Shown one piece after another: positions 14,007 through 26,424 of a stretch of DNA of 32,000 nucleotides. The notes under the pieces are model-generated. The model saw nothing but the letters and a program-made list of their open reading frames with translations, was not told the origin of the DNA and did not search any database. Every line of letters begins with the position of its first letter. Positions within the stretch are counted from its first letter, which is position 1. Where the stretch lies: assembly GCF_052908145.1 (NCBI RefSeq), contig NZ_CM128602.1. One strand, given 5' to 3'. A program made the position numbers and the translations under genes.

Positions 14007-14169
14007 ATTTGATTTCAGCGGTGTTTTATCCGCACTGAATTCTGGCGTACAGGACGGGGAGCTTTACTGGGCCGTTCTGTATGTCTGGATTGTCTGCTGG
14101 CTTCTTGGCTTTGGCCTTGGTGTTATTTTCACTCTGGTCTGCCGGATGTTCAGCGATGCTGTTAATTAA
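13999..14169 (+). CDS. Small hydrophobic virion protein candidate (gVII/gIX-like)
   Basis: 56 aa, MTEFDFSG...YWAVLYVWIVCWLLGFGLGVIFTLV, with a TM helix. Its ATG overlaps the end of the preceding ORF (ATGACTGA), which suggests translational coupling. Confidence 0.45.
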   Translation: MTEFDFSGVLSALNSGVQDGELYWAVLYVWIVCWLLGFGLGVIFTLVCRMFSDAVN

Positions 14170-14175
14170 TTTTAA

Positions 14176-14436
<261 letters not shown>

Positions 14437-14451
14437 TAGTTATTTAACGAC

Positions 14452-14475
14452 AGCGCCCTTCGGGGCGCTTTTTTA
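14452..14475 (+). terminator. Rho-independent terminator after the major coat gene
   Basis: AGCGCCC-TTCG-GGGCGCT followed by TTTTTT. Confidence 0.85.
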
Positions 14476-14495
14476 ATCATTTCAGGAGTTTTTGC

Positions 14496-15818
14496 TTGAT
14501 TCGTCTTATTTTTCCGTTTCTGTTTTTGTTCTTTTCTTCGCTTTCTTTTGCTGAGGAGAAAGAAGATCCGGATAAGCTTGTTCAGTGTTTTGGCCGTTTC
14601 AACTGCAGAACAGCTTATTCAGATGCGGGAGCATCGATTAAATTAGCCAGGGGAGCTGGTCATATTTATTGTGGTTCCGTTGGTTACGACGCGTGCTCCG
14701 GAATAATTCATTATTGCGGTAGTAAGCTATCAGACTCGTCTAGCGCGCCTTCCACCGTTGGGGTTTTTGTCCATGCCCGGTGGTCCGCATATAAAGTCTG
14801 GGATTTAGAGAAGCGAGAGTGGGAAACCTGCACTCTTGATTTTCAGGGTGGTGAGGGGGATTTGACACCTGAATATAATAAGCCGCCAACTGACGAGATT
14901 TGTCTTTCTCGTCCGGTTCTTGATGGTATGACTTTTCCTGGTGTTTATAAAGGTGATGACGGGACCCGTTATGTTAATGTGCAGGGGTGTATTTATGAGG
15001 CAACCGGCAATCCTTTTATTTGTAATCCCGATGATGATACGGTTTGTACTGCCAACTGGAAACCAGTTGCTGTAGATCCTGCATTCTCCGATGATAAGGA
15101 GGATGGCGGTAGCTCAGGTGGTGGCAGTTCCGGTGGTGGTAACTCAGGCGGCGGTAGCTCAGGTGGTGGCAGTTCTGGCGGTGGTAGCTCAGGTGGTGGC
15201 AGTTCTGGCGGTGGTAGCTCAGGTGGCAGCAGTTCCGGTGGTGGTAACTCAGGCGGCGGCAGCTCAGGTGGTGGCAGTTCTGGCGGTGGTAGCATAGGTG
15301 GTGGCAGTTCCGGTGGCGGTAACTCAGGCGGTGGCAGTTCCTCCGGCGATGGCTGGCTTGATGGTGTTTTGGGCTGGTTACAGCGTATTTGGGTTTCAGT
15401 GAATGATTTGAATAGTTTCTTTTCTTTTTCTCAGGCTGATGTAAATAACTCACTGAATACTTTTGATGGCCAACTGTCTGATATTGTTAAAAATGAATCG
15501 GGGGATTCATCAAATGATTATGATTCTTTAATCTCTGAGTTTATTGATAAGCTACCTAAGGAGTGGTTATTTATTGATTTTGACAAGTTGTTTTTTCCTG
15601 GTAATCAGCGTTTCGATAAGGCTCAGCCACTTGAGGTTGATTTTTCATTTTCTCTTCCGGTGATTGGGACTGTACATTTTACAGTTGATACAACCGATTT
15701 TTCATCAGCGTATGATTTGTTGTTAAGGCCTGTTCTGGAATATTTTATTTATGCACTTACTGTTCTTCGTCTTTATTTTGTTTATCGCCGCGCCCTGATG
15801 CGTCATGCTGAGGTTTAG
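14496..15818 (+). CDS. Adsorption/minor coat protein (gIII-like) with a long Gly/Ser linker
   Basis: TTG start with CAGGAG 6 nt upstream. It has a signal peptide (FPFLFLFFSSLSFA), a Cys-rich N-terminal domain, about 80 aa of GGGSS/GGGNS repeats and a C-terminal hydrophobic anchor. Position and architecture match g3p. Confidence 0.75.
   Translation: MIRLIFPFLFLFFSSLSFAEEKEDPDKLVQCFGRFNCRTAYSDAGASIKLARGAGHIYCGSVGYDACSGIIHYCGSKLSDSSSAPSTVGVFVHARWSAYKVWDLEKREWETCTLDFQGGEGDLTPEYNKPPTDEICLSRPVLDGMTFPGVYKGDDGTRYVNVQGCIYEATGNPFICNPDDDTVCTANWKPVAVDPAFSDDKEDGGSSGGGSSGGGNSGGGSSGGGSSGGGSSGGGSSGGGSSGGSSSGGGNSGGGSSGGGSSGGGSIGGGSSGGGNSGGGSSSGDGWLDGVLGWLQRIWVSVNDLNSFFSFSQADVNNSLNTFDGQLSDIVKNESGDSSNDYDSLISEFIDKLPKEWLFIDFDKLFFPGNQRFDKAQPLEVDFSFSLPVIGTVHFTVDTTDFSSAYDLLLRPVLEYFIYALTVLRLYFVYRRALMRHAEV
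15105..15346 (+). repeat. Tandem 15-nt repeats (about 15-16 units) encoding GGGSS/GGGNS
   Basis: Units such as GGTGGTGGCAGTTCY and GGCGGTGGTAGCTCA alternate almost perfectly. This explains the repeat-like spurious ORFs in other frames. Confidence 0.9.
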
Positions 15819-15820
15819 TT

Positions 15821-16183
15821 ATGGTTATTTTTATTAATTTCATTTATTCTTTTGTGCTCATTATTTTCAGGAGGTTGCTGCCTTTTCTCAGGAATAAGTT
15901 TCCTTCTGTTTTTCCTTACACGGGTACGTTAACGTATCTTTTTATGTCGATTTCTCTTGCTGTAAGTTTTATTATTGCAGCAAACTCTGTTATTGATACT
16001 GTTTCTTCTTCTGCTGTCATGAACAGGTATCTTATTATTGCGTTCAGCTATTTGCCCCATAACTTTACATTTTGCGCAAACCTCATTATCGCTGCTGATT
16101 TTCTTTCTTTTCTTTTTCACTCAAAGGATCGTATTTATCGATATATTCGCTTGTTTATCTCAGGAAAAATACCGGGAGGCTAA
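15821..16183 (+). CDS. Hydrophobic minor coat protein (gVI-like)
   Basis: 120 aa with multiple TM segments and GAGGT upstream. It lies directly between the gIII-like and gI-like genes. Confidence 0.55.
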   Translation: MVIFINFIYSFVLIIFRRLLPFLRNKFPSVFPYTGTLTYLFMSISLAVSFIIAANSVIDTVSSSAVMNRYLIIAFSYLPHNFTFCANLIIAADFLSFLFHSKDRIYRYIRLFISGKIPGG

Positions 16184-17398
<1,215 letters not shown>

Positions 17399-17478
17399 GA
17401 CAGAAGAGATACCGCTCGCCGCAAGTTTATGACCGAACGTAGTGAGCGAATAAACGAGGAAGCGGAATGTCTTCATGA

Positions 17479-18732
<1,254 letters not shown>

Positions 18733-18780
18733 AGCTTTGTATTAGATTATTACACAAATTATCCCTTGCTCAATATCTAA

Positions 18781-18809
18781 GGTCGTAACAGTCTATTTCT
18801 GTAGCGACC
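18781..18809 (+). terminator. Imperfect hairpin after the secretin gene
   Basis: GGTCGTAACAG...CTGTAGCGACC (9 of 11 positions pair) followed by GTTTTCTG. It may be a terminator or part of the phage intergenic (ori/packaging) structure. Confidence 0.3.
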
Positions 18810-18932
18810 GTTTTCTGTAATTGACTTATAAGAACCATTTTGCAACATTGGAGGTTGTTGTATTTTTTTATCCTCTCCGCCTATCTTGTTGGTATATAAT
18901 TTTATATTCTTTTGTTTTACATGGTACATTTT

Positions 18933-19580
<648 letters not shown>

Positions 19581-19646
19581 AACTTTCCTAACACTCAATT
19601 TTCGGTTAAATTTTGTGCAATCAAAGACAAACATAGTTGCTGTTGA

Positions 19647-19650
19647 TTTG
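19647..19650 (+). repeat. TTTG, right copy of the putative crossover core (attR)
   Basis: Identical to 10259-10262. It is preceded by TGCTGTTGA (19638-19646), whose reverse complement is in the recombinase leader. AT-rich phage DNA changes to chromosome-like composition here. Confidence 0.5.
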
Positions 19651-19762
19651 AACAGGGATTATGTCAGGATGAGGGCGCTTTCGCCAGTTGAAGTGGTGAC
19701 GGCAACCTCACATTGTGGCAGTCTTTGCAGCACGAAAATGGAAGTATAATGAGGACAAAATG

Positions 19763-20107
19763 ATGACTATCGTTCGTATCGATGCTGAAGCCCGCTGGTC
19801 TGATGTAGTAATCCACAACAACACGCTCTACTACACTGGTGTACCGGAAAACCTCGACGCCGATGCTTTTGAGCAAACCGCCAACACGCTGGCGCAGATT
19901 GACGCCGTGCTGGAAAAACAGGGCAGCAATAAATCGAGCATTCTGGATGCCACCATTTTCCTGGCTGATAAAAACGACTTCGCGGCGATGAATAAAGCGT
20001 GGGATGCCTGGGTTGTGGCGGGTCATGCGCCGGTGCGCTGCACGGTGCAAGCGGGGCTGATGAACCCGAAGTATAAAGTTGAAATTAAGATTGTGGCTGC
20101 GGTGTAA
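19763..20107 (+). CDS. yoaB: RidA/YjgF-family protein
   Basis: 114 aa starting MTIVRIDAEARWSDV, with GAGGA upstream of the ATG pair at 19760/19763. Recognised as YoaB. Confidence 0.9.
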   Translation: MTIVRIDAEARWSDVVIHNNTLYYTGVPENLDADAFEQTANTLAQIDAVLEKQGSNKSSILDATIFLADKNDFAAMNKAWDAWVVAGHAPVRCTVQAGLMNPKYKVEIKIVAAV

Positions 20108-20528
20108 GCTTTATCGAAGCAAAATAAGTCAGACGATAATTTATCGATAATACTGGTCGGTTTTACATAAATCGACCAGAGATTAAGATATTACTGTTGA
20201 TGCTCCTGCTAATTCATTATTTATTTTTATAATTTCAATTTTAGCTATAAAGCTAACTATATAAATAAACATAACCATGCCGTTGTGTTCGCCCTTCGAT
20301 TAGCACCTCTGGTTTTCTTTCTTAGCTGAACAATCTGGTTATAGCGTGCGGACTGACCGTTAATTTTCTCCATCTTACTGGATAACACATCATGAGCTGC
20401 TACCTTTAAAACACCTGAATGTCAACAGGTTAACTCGTGCCATATCGTTATAATCCCTTTGATATTAGATGCAAATTAAGGTCATATATAGCCTTATCGA
20501 TAACATGGTTAATTTTAAGGATAAGAAT

Positions 20529-20828
20529 ATGCCTGCTGTAATAGATAAAGCCCTGGATTTCATTGGTGCCATGGATGTATCAGCGCCAACACCAAGTTCG
20601 ATGAATGAAAGCACAGCGAAGGGAATCTTTAAATATTTAAAAGAACTGGGAGTACCCGCGAGTGCCGCTGATATTACGGCGCGAGCTGACCAGGAAGGCT
20701 GGAACCCTGGGTTCACGGAAAAAATGGTTGGATGGGCAAAAAAAATGGAGTCTGGTGAACGCACTGTAATTAAAAATCCTGAATACTTTTCAACATATAT
20801 GCAGGAAGAACTAAAAGCACTGGTCTGA
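20529..20828 (+). CDS. yoaC: DUF1889-family protein YoaC
   Basis: 99 aa starting MPAVIDKALDFIGAMD. The start was trimmed from the longer track ORF at 20469. Confidence 0.8.
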   Translation: MPAVIDKALDFIGAMDVSAPTPSSMNESTAKGIFKYLKELGVPASAADITARADQEGWNPGFTEKMVGWAKKMESGERTVIKNPEYFSTYMQEELKALV

Positions 20829-20857
20829 GTTAAATTTATATCAGCATAAATGGGTCA

Positions 20858-20894
20858 GGACGCTTTTAATCACATATAAAAAGCGTCCTTTTTC
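20858..20894 (+). terminator. Rho-independent terminator after yoaC
   Basis: AGGACGCTTTT (20858-20868) pairs with AAAAGCGTCCT (20879-20889), followed by TTTTT. Confidence 0.8.
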
Positions 20895-20947
20895 TCACAA
20901 TCAAATGATCATCGGCTTCTATAACGAAATCGATACGGATTAGTGTG

Positions 20948-21127
20948 TTACTCGTCTTCATCCTCAAAACGCGCCACGATTCGCTCGCCGGAGTGGTTGG
21001 CACGCAGCTCTTCTGCCACCAGCGCGATTGCCTGGCCGCTGCTCATCCCTTGTGCCATCAGTTCCTGGATCCGCTCGACAGCTTTTTGCTGCTGTTCATG
21101 GGTGAGTGAAGGTAAACCTGCAAACAT
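20948..21127 (-). CDS. yoaH: UPF0181 small protein YoaH
   Basis: 59-aa minus-strand [62 protein letters not shown], with a GGAG RBS. It falls below the ORF-track length cutoff, and the plus-strand ORF 20943-21143 is its shadow. Confidence 0.85.
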
Positions 21128-21200
21128 TGTTAACTCCTGCTAAATTGTTGGCGCTAATTATTTCATGCTACCCGGCACATAGCCAGTAGAGTCAGGACTG

Positions 21201-22562
21201 ATGAAGACGTTATCTCCCGCTGTGATTACTTTACCCTGGCGTCAGGACGCCGCTGAATTTTATTTCTCCCGCTTAAGCCACCTGCCGTGGGCGATGCTTT
21301 TACACTCCGGCTATGCCGATCATCCGTATAGCCGCTTTGATATTGTGGTCGCCGATCCGATTTGCACTTTAACCACTTTCGGTAAAGAAACCGTTGTTAG
21401 TGAAAGCGAAAAACGCACAACGACCACTGATGACCCGCTACAGGTGCTCCAGCAGGTGCTGGATCGCGCAGACATTCGCCCAACGCATAACGAAGATTTG
21501 CCATTTCAGGGCGGCGCACTGGGGTTGTTTGGCTACGATCTGGGCCGCCGTTTTGAGTCACTGCCAGAAATTGCGGAACAAGATATCGTTCTGCCGGATA
21601 TGGCAGTGGGTATCTACGATTGGGCGCTCATTGTCGACCACCAGCGTCATACAGTTTCTTTGCTGAGTCATAATGATGTCAATGCCCGTCGGGCCTGGCT
21701 GGAAAGCCAGCAATTCTCGCCGCAGGAAGATTTCACGCTCACTTCCGACTGGCAATCCAATATGACCCGCGAGCAGTACGGCGAAAAATTTCGCCAGGTA
21801 CAGGAATATCTGCACAGCGGTGATTGCTATCAGGTGAATCTCGCCCAGCGTTTTCATGCGACCTATTCTGGCGATGAATGGCAGGCATTCCTTCAGCTTA
21901 ATCAGGCCAACCGCGCGCCATTTAGCGCTTTTTTACGTCTTGAACAGGGTGCAATTTTAAGCCTTTCGCCAGAGCGGTTTATTCTTTGTGATAATAGTGA
22001 AATCCAGACCCGCCCGATTAAAGGCACGCTACCACGCCTGCCCGATCCTCAGGAAGATAGCAAACAAGCAGAAAAACTGGCGAACTCAGCGAAAGATCGT
22101 GCCGAAAATCTGATGATTGTCGATTTAATGCGTAATGATATCGGTCGTGTTGCCGTAGCCGGTTCGGTAAAAGTACCAGAGCTCTTCGTGGTGGAACCCT
22201 TCCCTGCCGTGCATCATCTGGTCAGCACTATAACGGCGCGACTACCAGAACAGTTACACGCCAGCGATCTGCTGCGCGCAGCTTTTCCTGGTGGCTCAAT
22301 AACCGGGGCTCCGAAAGTACGGGCTATGGAAATTATCGACGAACTGGAACCGCAGCGACGTAATGCCTGGTGCGGCAGCATTGGCTATTTGAGCTTTTGC
22401 GGCAACATGGATACCAGCATTACTATCCGCACGCTGACTGCCATTAACGGACAAATATACTGCTCTGCGGGCGGTGGAATTGTCGCCGATAGCCAGGAAG
22501 AAGCGGAATATCAGGAAACTTTTGATAAAGTTAATAAGATATTACGCCAACTGGAGAAGTAA
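21201..22562 (+). CDS. pabB: Aminodeoxychorismate synthase component I
   Basis: 453 aa with chorismate-binding enzyme motifs RPIKGTLPR and GGSITGAPKVRAMEII. Confidence 0.92.
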   Translation: MKTLSPAVITLPWRQDAAEFYFSRLSHLPWAMLLHSGYADHPYSRFDIVVADPICTLTTFGKETVVSESEKRTTTTDDPLQVLQQVLDRADIRPTHNEDLPFQGGALGLFGYDLGRRFESLPEIAEQDIVLPDMAVGIYDWALIVDHQRHTVSLLSHNDVNARRAWLESQQFSPQEDFTLTSDWQSNMTREQYGEKFRQVQEYLHSGDCYQVNLAQRFHATYSGDEWQAFLQLNQANRAPFSAFLRLEQGAILSLSPERFILCDNSEIQTRPIKGTLPRLPDPQEDSKQAEKLANSAKDRAENLMIVDLMRNDIGRVAVAGSVKVPELFVVEPFPAVHHLVSTITARLPEQLHASDLLRAAFPGGSITGAPKVRAMEIIDELEPQRRNAWCGSIGYLSFCGNMDTSITIRTLTAINGQIYCSAGGGIVADSQEEAEYQETFDKVNKILRQLEK

Positions 22563-22565
22563 GAC

Positions 22566-23144
22566 GTGGAATACCGTAGCCTGACGCTTGATGATTTTTT
22601 ATCTCGCTTTCAACTTTTGCGCCCGCAAATTAACCGGGAAACCCTAAATCATCGTCAGGCTGCCGTGTTAATCCCCATCGTCCGTCGACCGCAACCGGGG
22701 TTGTTGCTGACTCAGCGTTCAATTCATCTGCGTAAACACGCTGGACAAGTGGCATTCCCTGGAGGTGCAGTCGATGACACGGACGCATCAGTTATCGCCG
22801 CCGCGCTGCGCGAAGCTGAAGAAGAGGTCGCTATACCGCCTTCCGCCGTTGAAGTTATCGGCGTGCTGCCGCCCGTCGATAGCGTAACTGGCTATCAGGT
22901 AACCCCAGTGGTCGGCATTATCCCGCCCGATCTGCCGTATCGCGCCAGTGAAGATGAAGTCTCGGCGGTGTTTGAAATGCCGCTCGCCCAGGCATTACAT
23001 CTGGGTCGTTATCACCCTTTAGATATCTACCGCCGTGGCGATTCACATCGGGTATGGCTGTCCTGGTACGAACAGTATTTTGTATGGGGAATGACCGCAG
23101 GCATAATTCGTGAGCTGGCGCTGCAAATTGGTGTGAAACCCTGA
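22566..23144 (+). CDS. nudL: Nudix hydrolase (CoA pyrophosphatase type)
   Basis: GTG start 3 nt after the pabB stop. Nudix box [25 protein letters not shown]. 192 aa, recognised as YeaB/NudL. Confidence 0.9.
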
Positions 23145-23327
23145 CTATACTTATCTTTACATCTACAAAACACTACTTGAGACAATCATCGCAATATTAG
23201 TTAAATCGCGGTTTTTGATTAGTTTAATTCATGTGAATAGTTAAGCCAGTCGCCGCGTTCCCTCTTACACTATGCGCTGTTATTAGTTCGTTACTGGAAG
23301 TCCAGTCACCTTGTCAGGAGTATTATC

Positions 23328-24692
23328 GTGATTAGTCTATTCGACATGTTTAAGGTGGGGATTGGTCCCTCATCTTCCCATACCGTAGGGCCTATGAAGG
23401 CGGGTAAACAGTTCGTCGATGATCTGGTCGAAAAAGGCTTACTGGATAGCGTTACTCGCGTTGCCGTGGACGTTTATGGTTCACTGTCGCTGACGGGTAA
23501 AGGCCACCACACCGATATCGCCATTATTATGGGTCTTGCAGGTAACGAACCTGCCACCGTGGATATCGACAGTATTCCCGGTTTTATTCGCGACGTAGAA
23601 GAGCGCGAACGTCTGCTGCTGGCACAGGGACGGCATGAAGTGGATTTCCCGCGCGACAACGGGATGCGTTTTCATAACGGCAACCTGCCGCTGCATGAAA
23701 ACGGTATGCAAATCCACGCCTATAACGGCGATGAAGTCGTCTACAGCAAAACTTATTATTCCATCGGCGGCGGTTTTATCGTCGATGAAGAACACTTTGG
23801 TCAGGATGCTGCCAACGAAGTGAGCGTGCCGTATCCGTTCAAATCTGCCACCGAACTGCTCGCGTACTGTAATGAAACCGGCTATTCGCTGTCTGGTCTC
23901 GCTATGCAGAACGAACTGGCGCTGCACAGCAAGAAAGAGATCGACGAGTATTTCGCGCATGTCTGGCAAACCATGCAGGCATGTATCGATCGCGGGATGA
24001 ACACCGAAGGTGTACTGCCAGGCCCGCTGCGCGTGCCACGTCGTGCGTCTGCCCTGCGCCGGATGTTAGTTTCCAGCGATAAACTGTCTAACGATCCGAT
24101 GAATGTCATTGACTGGGTAAACATGTTTGCGCTGGCAGTTAACGAAGAAAACGCCGCCGGTGGTCGTGTGGTAACTGCGCCAACCAACGGTGCCTGCGGT
24201 ATCGTTCCGGCAGTGCTGGCTTACTATGACCACTTTATTGAATCGGTCAGCCCGGACATCTATACCCGTTACTTTATGGCAGCGGGCGCGATTGGTGCAT
24301 TGTATAAAATGAACGCCTCTATTTCCGGTGCGGAAGTTGGTTGCCAGGGCGAAGTGGGTGTTGCCTGTTCAATGGCTGCTGCGGGTCTTGCAGAACTGCT
24401 GGGCGGTAGCCCGGAACAGGTTTGCGTGGCGGCGGAAATTGGCATGGAACACAACCTTGGTTTAACCTGCGACCCGGTTGCAGGGCAGGTTCAGGTGCCG
24501 TGCATTGAGCGTAATGCCATTGCCTCTGTGAAGGCGATTAACGCCGCACGGATGGCTCTGCGCCGCACCAGTGCACCGCGCGTCTCGCTGGATAAGGTCA
24601 TCGAAACGATGTACGAAACCGGTAAGGACATGAACGCCAAATACCGCGAAACCTCACGCGGTGGTCTGGCAATCAAAGTCCAGTGTGACTAA
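23328..24692 (+). CDS. sdaA: L-serine dehydratase 1 (Fe-S dependent)
   Basis: 454 aa with a GTG start after AGGAG. N-terminus [23 protein letters not shown], typical of SdaA/SdaB. Confidence 0.92.
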   Translation: MISLFDMFKVGIGPSSSHTVGPMKAGKQFVDDLVEKGLLDSVTRVAVDVYGSLSLTGKGHHTDIAIIMGLAGNEPATVDIDSIPGFIRDVEERERLLLAQGRHEVDFPRDNGMRFHNGNLPLHENGMQIHAYNGDEVVYSKTYYSIGGGFIVDEEHFGQDAANEVSVPYPFKSATELLAYCNETGYSLSGLAMQNELALHSKKEIDEYFAHVWQTMQACIDRGMNTEGVLPGPLRVPRRASALRRMLVSSDKLSNDPMNVIDWVNMFALAVNEENAAGGRVVTAPTNGACGIVPAVLAYYDHFIESVSPDIYTRYFMAAGAIGALYKMNASISGAEVGCQGEVGVACSMAAAGLAELLGGSPEQVCVAAEIGMEHNLGLTCDPVAGQVQVPCIERNAIASVKAINAARMALRRTSAPRVSLDKVIETMYETGKDMNAKYRETSRGGLAIKVQCD

Positions 24693-24702
24693 TACTTCTT
24701 AC

Positions 24703-24733
24703 TCGCCCATCTGCAACGGATGGGCGAATTTAT
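24703..24733 (+). terminator. Terminator hairpin after sdaA
   Basis: TCGCCCATC (24703-24711) pairs with GATGGGCGA (24719-24727), followed by ATTTAT. Confidence 0.6.
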
Positions 24734-24822
24734 ACCCGCTTTCTCGTCTGCTGTAATATTCCCCACTACACTTCCACTGTTGCGTCAGGCGTTTGTCGCC
24801 ATACGCTTACAGGGTGGCCCGC

Positions 24823-26421
24823 ATGCAAAAAGCACAACGGATCATTAAAACCTATCGCCGTAATCGAATGATTGTTTGTACGATTTGCGCACTCGTTACG
24901 CTCGCTTCGACCCTGAGCGTGCGATTTATTTCACAGCGTAACTTAAATCAACAACGGGTAGTACAATTCGCCAATCACGCTGTAGAGGAATTAGATAAAG
25001 TACTGCTTCCCCTACAGGCAGGTAGCGAAGTCTTGCTTCCGCTGATTGGTCTGCCCTGCTCTGTCGCCCATTTGCCATTACGTAAACAGGCGGCAAAACT
25101 CCAAACTGTGCGATCCATTGGCCTGGTGCAAGACGGCACACTCTATTGCTCCAGCATTTTTGGTTATCGCAATGTGCCCGTCGTGGACATTCTGGCTGAA
25201 CTTCCTGCACCGCAACCACTTTTACGCCTGACGATCGACCGTGCCCTGATTAAAGGCAGTCCGGTTTTGATTCAATGGACGCCTGCAGCGGGCAGTAGCA
25301 ATGCTGGGGTCATGGAGATGATTAACATCGACTTACTGACGGCAATGCTCCTTGAGCCACAACTGCCGCAAATCAGTAGCGCCAGCCTGACGGTGGACAA
25401 ACGGCATTTGCTCTATGGTAATGGGCTGGTAGATTCCCTTCCGCAACCTGAAGACAATGAAAACTATGAGGTTTCTTCGCAACGCTTTCCTTTTACCATT
25501 AACGTTAATGGTCCGGGGGCTACGGCGCTGGCATGGCACTATCTTCCAACACAATTACCGCTGGCGGTGCTGCTAAGTTTACTGGTGGGCTACATCGCCT
25601 GGCTGGCGACCGCTTACCGGATGAGCTTTTCCCGCGAAATCAATCTGGGCCTGGCGCAACATGAGTTCGAATTGTTCTGTCAGCCTTTGCTTAATGCGCG
25701 CAGCCAGCAATGTATTGGTGTAGAGATTTTGCTGCGCTGGAATAATCCGCGTCAGGGCTGGATTTCACCGGATGTGTTTATTCCTATCGCGGAAGAACAT
25801 CATTTAATTGTGCCACTGACCCGCTATGTGATGGCAGAAACCATTCGTCAGCGCCATGTTTTCCCGATGAGTAGTCAGTTTCATGTTGGCATTAACGTCG
25901 CACCCAGCCATTTTCGCCGTGGTGTGCTGATAAAAGATCTCAATCAGTACTGGTTTAGTGCTCACCCGATTCAGCAACTGATCCTCGAAATCACCGAACG
26001 CGATGCCTTACTGGATGTTGATTATCGGATTGCCCGCGAGCTACATCGTAAAAACGTCAAACTGGCGATTGATGACTTCGGCACCGGCAACAGTTCATTT
26101 TCCTGGCTTGAAACATTACGTCCTGACGTGCTGAAAATTGATAAGTCATTTACCGCAGCTATAGGTTCTGACGCGGTTAACTCGACGGTGACCGATATCA
26201 TCATCGCGCTGGGGCAAAGACTGAATATTGAACTGGTGGCGGAGGGCGTGGAAACGCAAGAACAGGCGAAGTATTTGCGCCGTCATGGCGTGCATATTTT
26301 GCAAGGGTATTTGTACGCACAGCCGATGCCGCTACGTGATTTTCCCAAATGGCTGGCGGGCAGCCAACCGCCGCCCGCCCGGCATAATGGACATATCACG
26401 CCCATTATGCCGTTACGTTAA
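24823..26421 (+). CDS. pdeD: CSS-domain c-di-GMP phosphodiesterase (EAL domain)
   Basis: Start trimmed to MQKAQRIIKTYRR. It has an N-terminal TM helix, a periplasmic CSS motif (LYCSSIFG), a second TM helix and a C-terminal EAL-type domain (VEILLRW...DDFGTG...KIDKSF...EGVE). 532 aa. Confidence 0.88.
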   Translation: MQKAQRIIKTYRRNRMIVCTICALVTLASTLSVRFISQRNLNQQRVVQFANHAVEELDKVLLPLQAGSEVLLPLIGLPCSVAHLPLRKQAAKLQTVRSIGLVQDGTLYCSSIFGYRNVPVVDILAELPAPQPLLRLTIDRALIKGSPVLIQWTPAAGSSNAGVMEMINIDLLTAMLLEPQLPQISSASLTVDKRHLLYGNGLVDSLPQPEDNENYEVSSQRFPFTINVNGPGATALAWHYLPTQLPLAVLLSLLVGYIAWLATAYRMSFSREINLGLAQHEFELFCQPLLNARSQQCIGVEILLRWNNPRQGWISPDVFIPIAEEHHLIVPLTRYVMAETIRQRHVFPMSSQFHVGINVAPSHFRRGVLIKDLNQYWFSAHPIQQLILEITERDALLDVDYRIARELHRKNVKLAIDDFGTGNSSFSWLETLRPDVLKIDKSFTAAIGSDAVNSTVTDIIIALGQRLNIELVAEGVETQEQAKYLRRHGVHILQGYLYAQPMPLRDFPKWLAGSQPPPARHNGHITPIMPLR

Positions 26422-26424
26422 TGC

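Noticed and set aside
14952-14978. dif-like sequence GGTGATGACGG-GACCCG-TTATGTTAAT inside the gIII-like gene (possible XerCD attP, as in CTXphi or CUS-type phages)
   Set aside because: Only the XerD-arm-like half (TTATGTTAA) matches well, and the XerC arm matches about 5 of 11 positions. It lies inside a coding region, and the actual junctions are nowhere near it.
14993-15453. Repeat-rich ORFs (PPELPPPEL..., HRNCHHLSY..., and the plus-strand VAVPVVVTQAA... frame)
   Set aside because: They are alternative-frame and antisense readings of the 15-nt Gly/Ser tandem repeat inside the g3p-like gene. They are not independent genes and not a CRISPR array (no spacers, period 15 nt).
19611-19617. TTTTGTG shared between 10263-10269 and 19611-19617 as alternative junction repeats
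   Set aside because: Using it as the junction would leave AT-rich phage-like DNA (19618-19646) in the chromosome. It would also move the leader-complementary 9-mer 21 nt away from the crossover. The TTTG model places both 9-mers exactly at the junctions. After circularisation the two TTTTGTG copies would lie 36 nt apart, so a protein-binding role is not excluded.
19637-19650. Circle-junction promoter (TTGCTG -35 at 19637-19642 combined with TTTACT -10 at 10271-10276, 16-nt spacing)
   Set aside because: Both hexamers match the consensus poorly (3/6 and 4/6). It is mentioned only as something to test and is not annotated.
20260-20373. 37-aa basic minus-strand ORF (MEKINGQSARYNQIVQLRKKTRGANRR...) in the AT-rich yoaB-yoaC spacer
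   Set aside because: It is short, has no clear RBS and contains no motif I can place. It may be a gene remnant, but the sequence alone does not support calling it.
20943-21143. 66-aa plus-strand ORF
   Set aside because: It is the antisense shadow of yoaH (20948-21127, minus strand), which has an RBS and a recognisable conserved product.
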